In this document: positions 1 through 15,294 of the stretch, piece by piece
How the letters are laid out: every line of letters starts with the position of its first letter
How positions within the stretch are numbered: position 1 is the stretch's first letter
Assembly: GCF_009914755.1 (NCBI RefSeq)
Contig: NC_060935.1
From: the human T2T-CHM13v2.0 reference genome, Homo sapiens
DNA length: 64,000 bases
Reading direction: 5' to 3' (one strand)
Translations under genes and position numbers: made by a program
The notes under the pieces: generated by a model
What the model saw: only the letters and a program-made list of their open reading frames with translations
Told to the model about the DNA's origin: nothing
Databases searched by the model: none

Positions 1-457
1 AGTAGTGAGAGGTCGCACTGACAGAAGCGGAGTGGAGAGCCTGCCAGTATGATTAAGTCATCAGAGGCACCCCCTTCATTACTATTCACCTGGCCCTGAC
101 TGATACCGTCTCATTTAACCTCCATGCACTGTGATTAACCCAGTAGGGAACAAGCTCCACAAGGGCAGTCTGTCTGGTCTACTGCCCTGTGACGGGAGCC
201 CAGCACAGTGTCCGACCCAGAAAGGAGCTCATTAACATGTGTTTTACAGACAAAGAGTCAGGTTCAGAGAGGACAGCACTTTCCCCAAACTTGCGCAGCA
301 TATAAGTGACCAAGCCAAGAGCTGAACCCTCCGTCTGCCTATTCCACCATACCGCTCTTCAATTCCTGCTCCGTGAGCCACGAAAATAACTAAAAGAGCG
401 TTTTCACAGTCAGAGAAACTTCTGTTACCATGGAAAACCTGGAAGAGAGGCCAGCCT

Positions 458-488
458 GTGTGTGTGTGTCTGTCTGTCTGTCTGTGTG

Positions 489-528
<40 letters not shown>
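458..528. repeat. (TG)n/(TCTG)n compound microsatellite
   Basis: Direct inspection. Confidence 0.95.
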
Positions 529-530
<2 letters not shown>

Positions 531-1345
531 CTCAAATTCCTAGAACAGACACCCTTTAGTGTCTGCCACAACACAAAATTTCTCCTGTCATCTCCCAAGT
601 CTCTCCCCAAACCTCAAATATGTGGGGTACTCGAGAATGAAAAGGGTTAACCTTTCACAGCTTAGGAGAGCTGTTACTTTGCATTTAAATAGCCGCATTT
701 AAGAAAGCAGCATTCCCAGGATCCTTATTTGATACTAATGTGCTGAACACCTTAAAGCACACTTACTTCTCCCCCATTCGGGTCACTTGGAGCTTCATTA
801 CTTAATAATTTGAAAGCTTTTTATGGAAATCAGTTGATAAAGGGAGATGATGAAGTGAAATGTTATTACATTTAAAGACCCAGCAAACTAGGCTGCCAGA
901 ATAACACCTGCGTCAGACATTTCTAAGTAAAGAAAGAGAAGGAGAAGGAGATATTGGTGTGTGGATGAATTCTCATTTCTTTTGAAACTGCCGTTACTTT
1001 AAAGATACTCCTTGCCTAACAAAGCCTAACACTCTTTAAAATTGTCAAGTGAAGAACTCATCAGCTATCTTATGAATTCTACCCCTGCCATGGCGCTCTG
1101 TCCCCCTGCCCACCTTCCCAGCCGCTGCCTTGGCTTCAAGCCCATTGGGTCTAGAGGTCCGCCCTACTCTCCTCCACAGGCAGGGTCAGCCTCACACAGT
1201 GCCCACCTCAAAAGCCTTCATGACTAACCAGTTGAGAAAACCCTGGGAAACAGGCTTGGATGCGACCTTTTCGTTTTACTTTCCATTTTTCTTTCTCTCT
1301 CTCTTTCCTTCCTTCCTTCCTTCCTTCATTTTTTCGTGGTGGTGG

Positions 1346-1972
<627 letters not shown>

Positions 1973-4288
1973 CCAGCCTCCATTTTTTTAATGGCAATAT
2001 ATTCACATGGTTTGAAAATCAAAAGATATATAATAAGGTTACACAGTGACAATCCTCAGCCTTTTGCTTGCTCCCTGGTTACCTAGTTCCCTTCTCCTGA
2101 GGCAACTGATTTTTGTAATGTTCTTATATATCCTTCCAGAGATACTTTATGCAACTAGAAATATATACACACACAATTTTCTTTATCCTTACCACCCCTC
2201 TCCACAAAGGTAAATAGATTACACAAATAGATTACTATACAAACTGTACTGTAGTTTGCTTTTAACATTTAATATATCTTACAGATACTCTTACTTGTGA
2301 CATGACTTTTTTAATGGTGAATCCAAAGACTATACAGCAATGTCTAAAAAAAAAAGATTCAAAAGTATATACGTGTGTGTGTGTGTGAGTTTTGTGCATA
2401 AGTTATGATGTCAACTATGACAAACAAATGAATATTGCAATTGATGAAAGCTGCTGGGTAAGGATGGTGGGATTATAGGGTCATTCTTTTTGTTTCTCTC
2501 TCCTCCTACGCCGTGTGTGTGTGTGTGTGTTTGTCTCTGTGTGTGTGGCCAAAACATGGTTATGTTTTTAAATTCTAAAGACCTTATTTCAGTATGTGAG
2601 GTATATTTTCATTTTGGTAGAGTTCTTTCCTGGCCCTTTCATATGCATCAGCATCTGTTTCTTAAAATACTTGAGTCACTTTATTGGTGAAGGCTTCCTC
2701 CACCACTCTAAAATTGCAGCATAACTCTCTCACCCCATCCTGGCCCTCCCCCTCACCCTTCCCGGCTATATTTTCCCCGGAGAGCTAATCAGCACTGGAC
2801 ACACTGTGTAGCTGTTATGTCTGCCTCCTCCTCCGGAATGTAAGCTCCTTGAGGACAAGGATGGGTGTGTCTTCTGTTCAGGGCTCATTCTCCAGCACGT
2901 GGAATAGGCCTGGCACAGACTAGGGGCTCCATCTATCATTGCTGGATGAATGAGTCCTCACCATCAGCCCCAGCAACCCAACCCACATGCTCTCTGGCTC
3001 ATGCCTGTAACCACTAACCAGAGCACCTGCAGATAACCAGTAACCAGAGCATCTGCAGCTCTGTCCTCTGCTTCCCTTTTCCCTCCCCACTCTGGCAACT
3101 CTGGAAGACCACTCCTCCCTCCCAGGTCTGGATCTCACCTTAGGGATCCATTCCTGCAAGTGCACCCTCCCTCTCTCCTGCAATATGAGCTTATCTTCTA
3201 TATTGGATTATACACTTGGACATACAAACTTGCCCTCATATCACACATCTTTCAAAAAATAATCACATGTCCTTCCTGCTACTGCCATTTTTCTCAACTC
3301 CACAGCCGACTTCTCAAAAAGCGCTGTCTGGGCTTGCTGGTTCCGCTAATTCACCTCTGTCTTTCCTGAACCTGCTTCCATTGTATTTTCAGTAGTGGCC
3401 AGTGGGGCAGCGGCGGCAGCAGTGAGCACATGGCAGGGGGGGCAGTAGGGCAGCAGTAAACAGAGGCCGCAGAGGTAGTGGGGTAAGCACAGGGTTTCTG
3501 AAGAGGCCCTGGGCAGGTCCTGGTGTCCTCCTATCTCTCTGGCCATTATACCTTAGTCTGCTTTGCTCTCCCCCATCCTCTCCTCTGCCTCCATTCACTC
3601 CCCAGGTAATCTATCCTGTGGTTTTAACTACCAGTCTCTATGCTGATGACTTGGAGTTTACGTCTCCAGCCTGGACTTCTCCGTTGAGCTCCGGCCTCAT
3701 ATATCTACCTTCCTACATGACACCTCCTTTTGGAGTCATCCTTGACCCCTCTTTGTTTTATACCTCACATCCAATCCATCAGCAGATAACGCTGAGCCGA
3801 CCTGTAAAATATATCTGCATCCCATGCCTTGAACCCCTTCCATTGCTCTTCCCTGGCCCTATGTCGCCAGACACAGCAATGGCCTCCTGCCTGGGGTCCT
3901 TGCTCCCCAGCTTGCCCCACTCCAGTTACTTTCCCTGAGCAGCCAGCAGGATCCTTTAAAAATATGAATCAGGTCATACCACTCTTCTGCTCACAAACCC
4001 CTCAGCCATGTTCCAGTCCCATCACACTCTGAACAACAGCCCCTAAACCCTCTGGGAGGGCAGCCAAGGCCAGAGACTTCCTCTAGCTTATTATTAACTA
4101 ATTGTTTAATTAACTAATTCATTATTTATCCCTTAAATATTCCCTGCATACCTCTCACAAGCCAGGCTGGTGCTGAGGATATAGAAGGGATGCAATGCGG
4201 CCCCTGCTCTAATGCTGGCTTCTGGGACGGGACCTGCCCTGGGATGGCAGTGGGGATGGGAATCATGGTTGAGGAGTGTCCAACACTG

Positions 4289-4600
<312 letters not shown>

Positions 4601-5938
4601 CCCAGTGCTGTTTCTTGAAGACTACAGGATGTGTTCCCATGGGGTAGGGTTAGGGGTGCTGAAAGGGGCACTACCCTTACAGGTTGAGGCACCTCCAGTC
4701 AGATCTGGCCTGGATCATGGGCTGGGCTTCCTCACAGCCCTTTCTGTTTGAAGGCAGACAGCCCTTGCTTGATGTTCTCTCCTGTTTGGATTTGGCATCA
4801 CCTACGTGATGTTCGAATACCTTCTGCTGTGGCCCCCTTTTCCCTTCTTTGCTCTGGCCTTGGCACTAAGGTTTTTCTGACTGCTGAAGGTCAGGTAGAA
4901 GATGGGGAGGCGGACCACAGAAGAGCAGGTCCTGGGGGCTGGTGGGATGGGAGGCAGGCATGCCCCATCAGCCTCTTCTGCTCCTTTGCTCACTGATTTT
5001 ACTCAGGGGAGCAGCAGACTTGTGTGAGCACTAAAAAGAACATAATAAAAATGCAGAAAATGAGGTTAAATCCAGGATGGTACTTCAGTTACCAAAGGAC
5101 AAGCTAAGTAAATGCCGATGGCCAGTGCCAGCACACAGAAGGTCATAGGGTGATGTGAGTCCTCAGAGCTCCCACCCACAGGAGGCAGCCCTTGGGCGGA
5201 GGGGCAGTGGGGCAGGCCCGGAACAGCTCTGATGGTCCCTTCCTCTCTGGCTTCAGAAATGCCAAGCTGCTTCCACAAAACCATCTCAGGGGAAAATCAT
5301 TATCTACGGACATTATGCAATTTTCCCATCGAAATTACAAGCTGTGTTTGAAAAGAAATAAAAAGAAATTGAATTTGAAATGCTTCTGTGCAAACGCATC
5401 ATCTTCTAGTGGATCTGCTAATGGGCTTCAGATACTTTCCCTTGCTCTAAAATAGTTGATCAGACAGCAGCTTGTGATGGTAGCTGCTTCCCGGGGAACG
5501 GGGCATAGAATGAGCACTTATGAACGGCCAGCCAGCCCACCTGAGCCAGGTTCAGAACCTGTGAGCTCTGACCACGGTTCCCAAAGTGGTCACTGTATGC
5601 TGTCCCTTCCCCTCCTCTACCTGGCAGTGCTGGCACGGCTCTATGCTGGGACTCTCACTGCTCCTCCAGCGCCTCCAGCTGACACCCAGGTCGATGAGTG
5701 TCACTTCACACTGCGCTGGCTCCATCCTAGGTCCAGGGAGTGCCCACGGACTGGGCCTCGGAGGACACCAGCCCCTTCCTCATCACAGCCTCTCATTCAC
5801 CCAACAAGTATTAGTTAAGCGTGTTCCCAACACAGATCTAAACACTGATAGTACAGCAGTGAGCAAAACAGACAAACACCCTCGCCCTCTTGGAGCTTCC
5901 ATTCTAGCAGGGGGAGATAGACAATAAAAAGTAAATAA

Positions 5939-6243
5939 GGCAGGACATGGTGGCTCACGCCTGTAATCCCAACACTTTGGGAGGCTGAGGCAAGCAGATG
6001 GCTTGAGCCCAGGAGTGTGAGGCCAGCCTGAGCAACAAAGCAAGACCCCATCTCTACAACTAATTTTAAAACTAACTGGGCATGGTGGTAGGCACCTGTA
6101 GTCCCAGCTATTTGGTATGCTGAGGGTAGAAGGATGGCTTGAGCCCAGGAGGTCATTCTACAGTGAGCCATGATTATGCCCCTGTACTCCAGCCTAGGCA
6201 ACAGAGAAAGACCCTGCCTCAAAAAAAAAAAAAAAAAAAAAAA
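5939..6243 (+). mobile_element. Alu (J-like)
   Basis: Alu body plus A tail. Confidence 0.9.
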
Positions 6244-6249
6244 GTAAGC

Positions 6250-7440
6250 AAAATGCACAGTCAACTGGACAATGGCAAATGTTATGAAGAAAAGATAGTG
6301 GGATAAAGGAATAGGGATGCTGAGTCAAAAAGGGGGCAGGGACCTGCCATGGACATCAAAGTCCTCACTGAGAAGTTGACATTTGAGCAAAGACCTGGAG
6401 GAAACAAAGGAGAGAGTGCTCTGGTATCTGGGAGAACAGCATTCCAGGCACAGGGAACAGCAAGTGCAAGGTGTGCCTGGCATGTTTAAAGATACATAAG
6501 AAGTCCAGGATGCCGAAACCCAGGTTGTGGAAGAGTAGTAAGAGATGAGGCTCAGGAGGACAGGCAGACCATGGAGGGTGTGGGGGACCAGAGCAAGGTC
6601 CTGTCTGCTGTGAGATGCAAAGCCACTGGAGGATTTTGGCCAGAGGAATGGCATGATATGACTGCTGCACGAACAAGAGTCTGGAGGAAGGGAGGGGAGG
6701 TAGAGAGACCTGCTAGGAAGCAACTGCACTCATCTAGCTGAGCGATGATGGTGGCTTGGATCAGGATGGAGGCAGGCAGGAGACGGAAAGTGGTTGGATC
6801 ATGAAGATATTTTGGAAGTGGAGTTGACAGGGTGTGCCGATGGATCAGTTGCAGGGTGGGAGAGAAAGAGGCATCCAGGGTGGATGGAACTGAAAGTACG
6901 GCATTGCCATGTAATGGGATGGGAAGAATGAAGGAGGCTGGGCTTAGGGTGGGGAAGATCAGGAGTTTGGTTTCAGGCACGTTGTTGAGTTTGAGATGCC
7001 ACTTAGATACCCAGATGAAAATGTTGAGTGGCTGATATGCAAGTCTAGAGTCAGAGGCTAGTTTGCAATAGAAGATTACAGCTTAGGAATCATCAGCATA
7101 TACACAGTTGGCTTTTTAAGGCAGGGGACTAAATGAAATCACCAAGGGAGTGTGGATAAAAGAGAAGACCAAAGGCTTGAGCCCTGGGGCACTTCAAGCT
7201 TTAGAGGAAAGTGAATAGGAGTCAGCGAGGGAGACTGAGAAGGAAGAGTTGATGAAGTGGAAAGAAAATCAGAGGCAGCAAGTCCCAGAGCCAAGGAGAA
7301 AGCTTTTCAAGGCAGAGGGAGTGAGTGACCAGCTGTGTCAAATACTGCTGAGGGGTCACAAGAGCTGAGAGCTGGGCACTGACTTTGGCTTTGGCACGGA
7401 GAGGTCACTGGTGACCTTGACGGGAGCAGTGAGTCTGCTG
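6250..7440 (-). mobile_element. L2 LINE remnant
   Basis: L2-typical motifs such as ggaggattttggccagaggaatggcatgat and ttgagtttgagatgcc; boundaries approximate. Confidence 0.6.
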
Positions 7441-9979
7441 TCAGAGGAGAGGTGAGTCTCAGTTGCCTCACCTGAGAAATGGGGACACCCTCCTGCCTTC
7501 CTCAGAGAGCAGCAGTGCAGACCATGGGCAAACTGCAAAGTGCCACCAAATATGAGCTGTTTTATTTATGACCTGAGAAGCCCAGAGGCTGTTGAAATGA
7601 GGGGAGGCTACTGTTGGGCACAATTGGTTTTAAAGATGCTTACAACCCCGTTATCACCTCATAAAATGGCTCATTTCTTGCTACTCATCACCAGAACACT
7701 CACCCAGGCATGAAAAAGTTACCTTCAGAGGTAGAAGCTGTCAGGATGGATATTTTTTGTGCATGGCAACTGGGAAAGAGAAAAAGCAAATAATGGGGCC
7801 AAATAGTGCTCACCGGGGTCTCCACGCAAGATTCCAGACACTGCTCTCCCAGAGGGAACCCCAGTGATCCTGTGCCTCAAAGCAAGGGCTCCTTGGAGAA
7901 AGCCACCAACCAGGGTCAGCTGTGCTCTCACTGCAAAATGAGCAACATGGGGGAGGGAGGAGAGAAGGATGGAGAAGAAGGACAGTCAGGGAAAGTGGAA
8001 AGAATGTGAGTTTGGAGTCAGATACACATGCGTTGGAATCGTGGTTCCTGTGTGGTCAGCAAATGACCTGACTCCTCTGAGCCACAGCTTCCTCATCTGC
8101 AGTGGACAGCGTGATAGCTATTTCCAAAGCTTTCTGTAAGAAACAAGCTGTTGAATGGGGGAATGCACACTGTGTGTGTGGCTGCGTATCACTGCATTTG
8201 CAATTAGTGGCACTGGGTTTTCCCCTGTTTAGTAGCAGACAGTTTTTCTTCAGCCCAAGGAGCCTGTGCCTTCCCGGCTTCATCAAACCGGTCGTCAGAA
8301 CAGCAGTAACTTTCAGTGTTGTGAACATGGTCTGATATTCTTCCACGTGTGGCTGTGATATGCAGAACTGAAAGTAGGCTAGGACATGCCCTTAAGAGCA
8401 GCAGAAGTAGGAGGGGTGGGCCTGGTTCTCCTGGGCCACAGTGTGCACTTTCAGGCCCCATCTGCCTGGGTTCATGGTGGCAACGGGTGTGGCCTCTAGA
8501 ATCAGACTGAGGTCTAAACTCTAGCTCAGCCAGTTAACTAACTGTGAAACTAATTTGGCCAAATAAATGTGTTTCTGAGGATTAAAACGTATATATCCAC
8601 CTTGCAAATGTGTTGTAAGGATTAAATCAGATGCTGTCTATTAGGCAATTTGCAAGGTTAGCAAGATGCTTAGCACATAAAAAATAAATAATTATTGTTT
8701 TATTATTGTTGCTGTTTCCACCTGTTTCTATTCCTTTCCCTCTCTGATCATGGATTGCATCCCATTTCTCTTCCTGTGGGGAGGAGAGATGGTAGGGGCA
8801 TCAGGCAAGTTGGCCAGGCTGACTCCACACTGAGGTCTGAGCCTCAGTGCTACCAGCAGCAAAGGAATGTTTAGGATGAGGAAATGGCTTGTGGTTCAGG
8901 ACTGGAAGACAAAGTCAAAAAGTTAGGAAGAAAGGGGCAGGGGGATGTGACAGACTCTGGCCTTCTGCTGTGGGCACAGCTGGGATGTGTGGAGCTCTTC
9001 CTCATTGGGTGGCTGGCTCTGGAGTGCAGAGGAGGGTCAGCGTGGGGTAAGATTGGTTCAGACACCAGCCCCGACCCTAGACTCACAGTCTTACTTTCTG
9101 TTCTGCTCAGACCACCCTGTTTATCTCCTGGTATTGATGTAATTGCTGCCTCCAGAACAGATCTGTCCCAGATCTGTTTTCATTCCACATGAACCCGTTT
9201 CCCTCCAGACCTGACCTCAGCCCATGGCCTGTTAGGGGATATGCTCTTCCCATTTGGTACCAGTAACTGTGAGGTACAAGTACAGCTGTTGTATCCCCAC
9301 AATATGCTTACAAAAGCAAAATGGAAGATGAATATGAGTGACCTGTAGTATCTTTGGGTTTTTTCCTATTTTAATTGGTATGTCTTTAGAAAAGTGTTGG
9401 CATCATCCAAATGAACCATGAACGATGGATGCCCTGAGACACTTTGTTTGAAAAGGGTCCTGTGGGAGCTGAGAAGGGGCTCTAAGTATTCTTGAAAGTT
9501 CCTGTCTGTGCCTTAGAGACTTGTTAAAATAAGCTTTTCATTTAAGTCTGAAGTGTGGGTTGCTTACTCTGAATTTAAGTCCTTCATTCTTCAGAATGTG
9601 AAATGCCCAGGGCCCTAGTGCCCCCATCCAAGCTACATAAGCCTTCCATCATATGCTCCCTGGGACTCAGAGCTTGGCTTTCAATGGAGGCAAGTTCTCC
9701 TGAGGCTTTGTGGGTTTGTACCTGCAACTGTGTGCTCCAGTCTCTGTACTCAGGCAGCGCAAGTCAATTCTGATATGAACTTACCCTGAATGTAAGTAAA
9801 AATAAGAATGATCAGTAATTTTTGTGGAGCACCTGCTATGTGCCAGGCACTTCATTGCCACATTACATGAGTTGTCATTTAGTCCCCCTAACAAGCACAT
9901 GCAGAAGATCCTCTTTTTACCCTATTTCACAGATGAGAAAACTAAGAGAGGTCACAAGACTTGCCAAAAAACAGAGTTT

Positions 9980-10299
<320 letters not shown>

Positions 10300-11088
10300 T
10301 TAGCATATGACCTCAGGTATGATTCCAGAGCTTATGCTTCTCAACTATGCTACTTTCCTGCCTGCTGGATTCATAAACATTAAAAAGATGGATAGTATCC
10401 CGTGTGCCCTAAATTGAGAACATGGGCACATACACATCCTTGCTGGGAGTAGAAATTAGTACAGACATTTGGAGGGCAATTTGGTAGGGCAGACCACAGT
10501 TTTAAATTTGCTTCACATTTTGATCACTCCTATGACTCAATGATACAGGAATCCTTGGATGTATGAGCAAATAAATACGTACATGAGTCTTCATCACAGC
10601 ATCATTTATGAAAACAACTAAATATTTACTAATGGTGCCAGTGGAATCAATTAGAGAACATCCCCTGCTACATAACTCTCTGCATACATCAAAGAGAATG
10701 GTGTGGCTTTGCTTTTTCAACAATCTACTGAGCGGCCGTAGGCATGGTGATATGGCCATGAATGAGCAAGATTCTCTCTGATCCTTATAGAAGTTAAGTT
10801 CTACCAGATAACTTGCTGCTTCAACAAAAATATTTAGCTTTTTAAATAAATGTGGTAGAATGCTCCTGCTTTCTTATTTCATTTAACTCAAATGATCACC
10901 AAAAAAGAGAACAATAAGCTGTTGACCCTGCAGATGTTGTGTAACCACTAGATGAAAAGATTTACAGCAGGAAGCTGTCATGCCCACACATATGGTCCCA
11001 CCATCCTTGGAGCCTCCATAGGTCTAAATGGAGTTTCATCACCATAAATAAATGGTAATGTAGGTTCCAAACTATACTTGTGGAGTTA

Positions 11089-11123
11089 TACATTTGATCT
11101 TGGCCAAAAGGCCAAGAAGCAAT
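11089..11123 (-). pseudogene. U2 snRNA retropseudogene fragment (nt 1-35 only, 3'-truncated, tailless)
   Basis: Reverse complement attgcttcttggccttttggccaagatcaaatgta matches U2 ATCGCTTCTCGGCCTTTTGGCTAAGATCAAGTGTA at 31/35; two mismatches are CpG decay. Confidence 0.88.

Positions 11124-11125
<2 letters not shown>

Positions 11126-11166
<41 letters not shown>
11126..11166. repeat. (TG)~20 microsatellite
   Basis: Direct inspection. Confidence 0.95.
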
Positions 11167-11168
<2 letters not shown>

Positions 11169-13863
11169 TTATATATTACAAAAGCAAAATCACTATATCA
11201 GCTGGGACCTGTAAACCAGAATTTAACTGTAAAGCAAGGTGAATCTGCATGGCCAGCTAACTTGGCAGCCACCTTCACTCCACCCACATTGATTTTATTT
11301 TCTAGTGAAATATTTCTTCAAGAGCAAACAGACTGTCATCAGACAGTATCTCATTACCGGGATCTGATATCTTGGATTTCCTTTTTCTAAGTCTTGACCT
11401 GGCTTGCCATAATTTGAAGATATCCAACACTTTAAAAATCAAAAAAGAGAGCTAAGATATATAGTATATAGTGTACATAGTATGTAGTACGTACTGATGG
11501 AAAGTTTCCCGTGATATGATATTAAGGAAATATTTTAAAGTCATGGTACAGAACAAGATATTCAGTATGACACAGATTTGGTGGGAAAGCTAAATATAAT
11601 GCCTGCACACACACACACACACATCCTTACATGTGCATCGTAGAAGATCTGGAAAGATACACACCATGCTGTAATATTCTGGAAACGGAGAAGGAGACAG
11701 AAGGCAGGGTTGCTGTTGAAGTAGACTGTGTTCAACATTTACATTGTGAGTTTCTGTGATGCTAAAATTTTCCACAATGTGTGTATTATTCTGGAATTAA
11801 AAATCAAAGAAAAAAAAGTGGAGCAGAACTAGATGATGAGGACCCCATAAGCAAAACTCAGGAAGTAAGAAATTGTCATGGAAGTTGTGAGGAGCCTTTG
11901 AAGGGTTTTGGCAGGAGACAGATACCGTCAGATTTGCAGCAAGTGGAGGATGAATTGGGGGAAGCAAGAAGATACTGGAGATGGGGTGGCCAGAGGGGAG
12001 ACTGTGGAAGGAGGTGAACACAGGAATCCTCAGCCTGACTGGTGTCGGGGGTGAAGGGAGCTGCTGGTGTTTGGCACCCGGCTCAGGCACGCCTGAGCTG
12101 TGCCTTCAACCCAGGCTGGGCTGCTGGAGGAGGAGCAGGACTCTGAGGTCAGAGGAAGGGCTCAGCCATGAGGCATATGAGATGACTGGAGGAAAACCAG
12201 GTCTGGGGAGACATGGAGCTGGCACTCAGGAGACAGATAGGTTGTGTTCCATATATGACTTCAAGATAAACAACTTCTCGGTCATTCAACAGATATTTCT
12301 TAGGAGGGAAGAAGGGATACACTGTAAACAAATAAATATATTTCTCAGAGCATGAGAAATGTAACTGCTCTGTTGGGAAATGCTTTGCCTGCAGACATGT
12401 GAATGTTGGGGTGTCTGTGCATCCCAAGATTTTTTTCATCTGATGGAAAGAGGGTACCCCGGGGAGCCTGAGCCTAGGAGGAGGCTGCAAGCTTCCTGGG
12501 TGGCTCACCGCCGCTGCCCTGTCCTTGTGGGCCCTTCCCCTCACCCAGGACTGTCTGTAGGAGCCCAGACCACGCTGGGTCTGGCTAAGCCAACTTCCTC
12601 TGCACCACCACCACCCAGCAGCCCCTTCCTGCATGGTAAATGGGAAGCCATGGACCAGAAAGCTTTTTATAACCTCTGGGCCTGAGCCTCAGAGACACCA
12701 CTGTCCTCCTTCCTTTCAGTTTCCATGGGGCTGTGGGATTTTCTAGGCAAGGTACCCAACCAGGGAGAAGGTCACAATGCATTCTAACTGCATTCTAGGC
12801 ACCTGCTGCCAGGCACGACTCTAAGGACTGTAGCCTTGTCGCTATGAGCCAGCCAAGCAAGTCTCTTCCCCTGGAACTCAGGGATCTGTTCAGTTGGCAA
12901 CAAAGCCCTTCCTTCCCCAGCTGGTGACATTCTGGAGTTTTCCACACACAATGGACTATTGTGTCTGAGCACTGCTGGGCCCAGGCCAGGGAAAGGGGCC
13001 ATACAGGACCAGCTGACTCCACTCTAGGGAAAGCCCCCCACCAGAGCTGAACTTGGACCTGTGGAGGCCTCCAGCCTTGCAAAGATCATGGCACCCCTCA
13101 CCCGCAGTGTGTAATTGAAAATAAAAACCCAACCAAACCTCAAAGTTGAGCAAAATCAACAAAGTTCTGATTTTTGCCCTATGAAGACCATTCAGTGCTT
13201 TCCTTCAAAAAGTTAATTATCAAATTATTCCTCAAAAAATTACTTTAGTTTCCCCAGTTATCCCTAAAATAACTTTATGGTGCTTTATTCACCATCCAAA
13301 GCAAAACAGAGCCAGAGAACCTGAGGGGCACCACGGGTATGGGGCCTTGGCTTTGTGCTGGCCTCCTCGTCCAAGGGAGTCTGATCCAGCGCATGGGTCT
13401 CACCAGCAGGACAGGCGTTGAGGGGACAGTCCTCAGGGCCAGGTGTTAGCCACATTGCAACTCCTGCTGACCCAGCTGGCCTGGAGCAGGCCCCACTCAG
13501 TTGCTGGACACAGAGCATGGCTCTGCCCTCTGAAATGGACATGACATGGGAGTCTGGCCAACCAAGGCAGAATCCAGGCCAGATCTCTGCTCTAGTGGGG
13601 AAGGGATGGGCTGAGCTGGAAACCAAAGGTGTGACTCAGTGGCCCTTCAGTGTCCAGGACATACCTGGACACTCAGTCCCCTCTCCCGGTATCACTGAGG
13701 CCCCAGGGTTCCCCCATCCCAGAGAGAGGTGGCTGTACACCCAGGCAGGAAAAGCCCCAACAGCAGGTGAGGGAGTGGGGGTGAATGGTGTCACCAGGTC
13801 AAAGCCCTATTGTTCCCATGAGCCCAGCTCTGTTCACTAAATATTTGTGGTCCTTTTTTGCAG

Positions 13864-13928
13864 AGTGATGAGGTCCTCACCGTCATCAAAGCCAAAGCCC
13901 AATGGCCAGCCTGGCAGCCTCTCAACGT
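13864..13928 (+). CDS. SPON1: F-spondin exon 7 (spondin domain, SDEVLTVIKAKAQWPAWQPLN)
   Basis: ttttttgcag acceptor and gtaagt donor. Translation matches F-spondin; phase 0/2 joins exon 8. Confidence 0.96.
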
Positions 13929-14770
13929 GTAAGTAACACAAGTCCCTTGCCTGGCCTGTCTTATACTAGCCCCTTCTCAAAGCCACCTACCTAATGGCCA
14001 CCACATACCAGTTATGCTGTTGAAGTTAGCACTACTTCTCAGTTAACAAGCAGGCAAGATGCTTTCTATGTGCAGAGCATCACACCTGCCCCATCTTCTC
14101 AAGGATGCAGGCTCAGGCTCTGTTTTCCCCCAATGGCTTTAATACCACAGCCAGATGTGATGGCTTTAATACCAACTCAGATGGGATGATTAACTGTTCT
14201 GTGTTCACTCATGCTCTCAGCCACAACAGACCAAACATGCCCTCACCCTCAGAGCACACAGGTGTACTCATGCTTAGCCAGTCTGATGTGTGGAAAGCCA
14301 GATTTACCCTGGGTTCCATTCTCAGTCCCGTTTCTTTTCTGTCTCCTCTATCCCAGAGAGATTTTATCTGCCCTTGAGTCAGGTGACCAAGGGTATGCTG
14401 ACAGTCCCCAAAACTACCTCCTGCCAAATGGATGGATACAGTGGTATATCCGTCAGGTTTTTGGACAGCTCTCCATGGATGGTCCACCTGGACCTTAAAC
14501 TCATCATGTCCAAAATGGGTCCCATCACCTTCAAACAAACCTGCTGTTCTCCATGTGGAGAAATATTGAAAGTACAGTGAGTGTCAAAACCCTGTGGATT
14601 CTGCCTTCTGGGCAGCTCACAAATCAGTCCTTACTTGATTCTCCTCCCCTTCCTTCAAGCCATCACCCTTTCTCACCTGGACCACGTCACCTTTTTCCTT
14701 TGCTGTAGTCTCCCTCAGTCCAATTCCTCATCCACAGTTACTAGAGTGATCTTTTAAGAATCCAAATACC

Positions 14771-15294
<524 letters not shown>

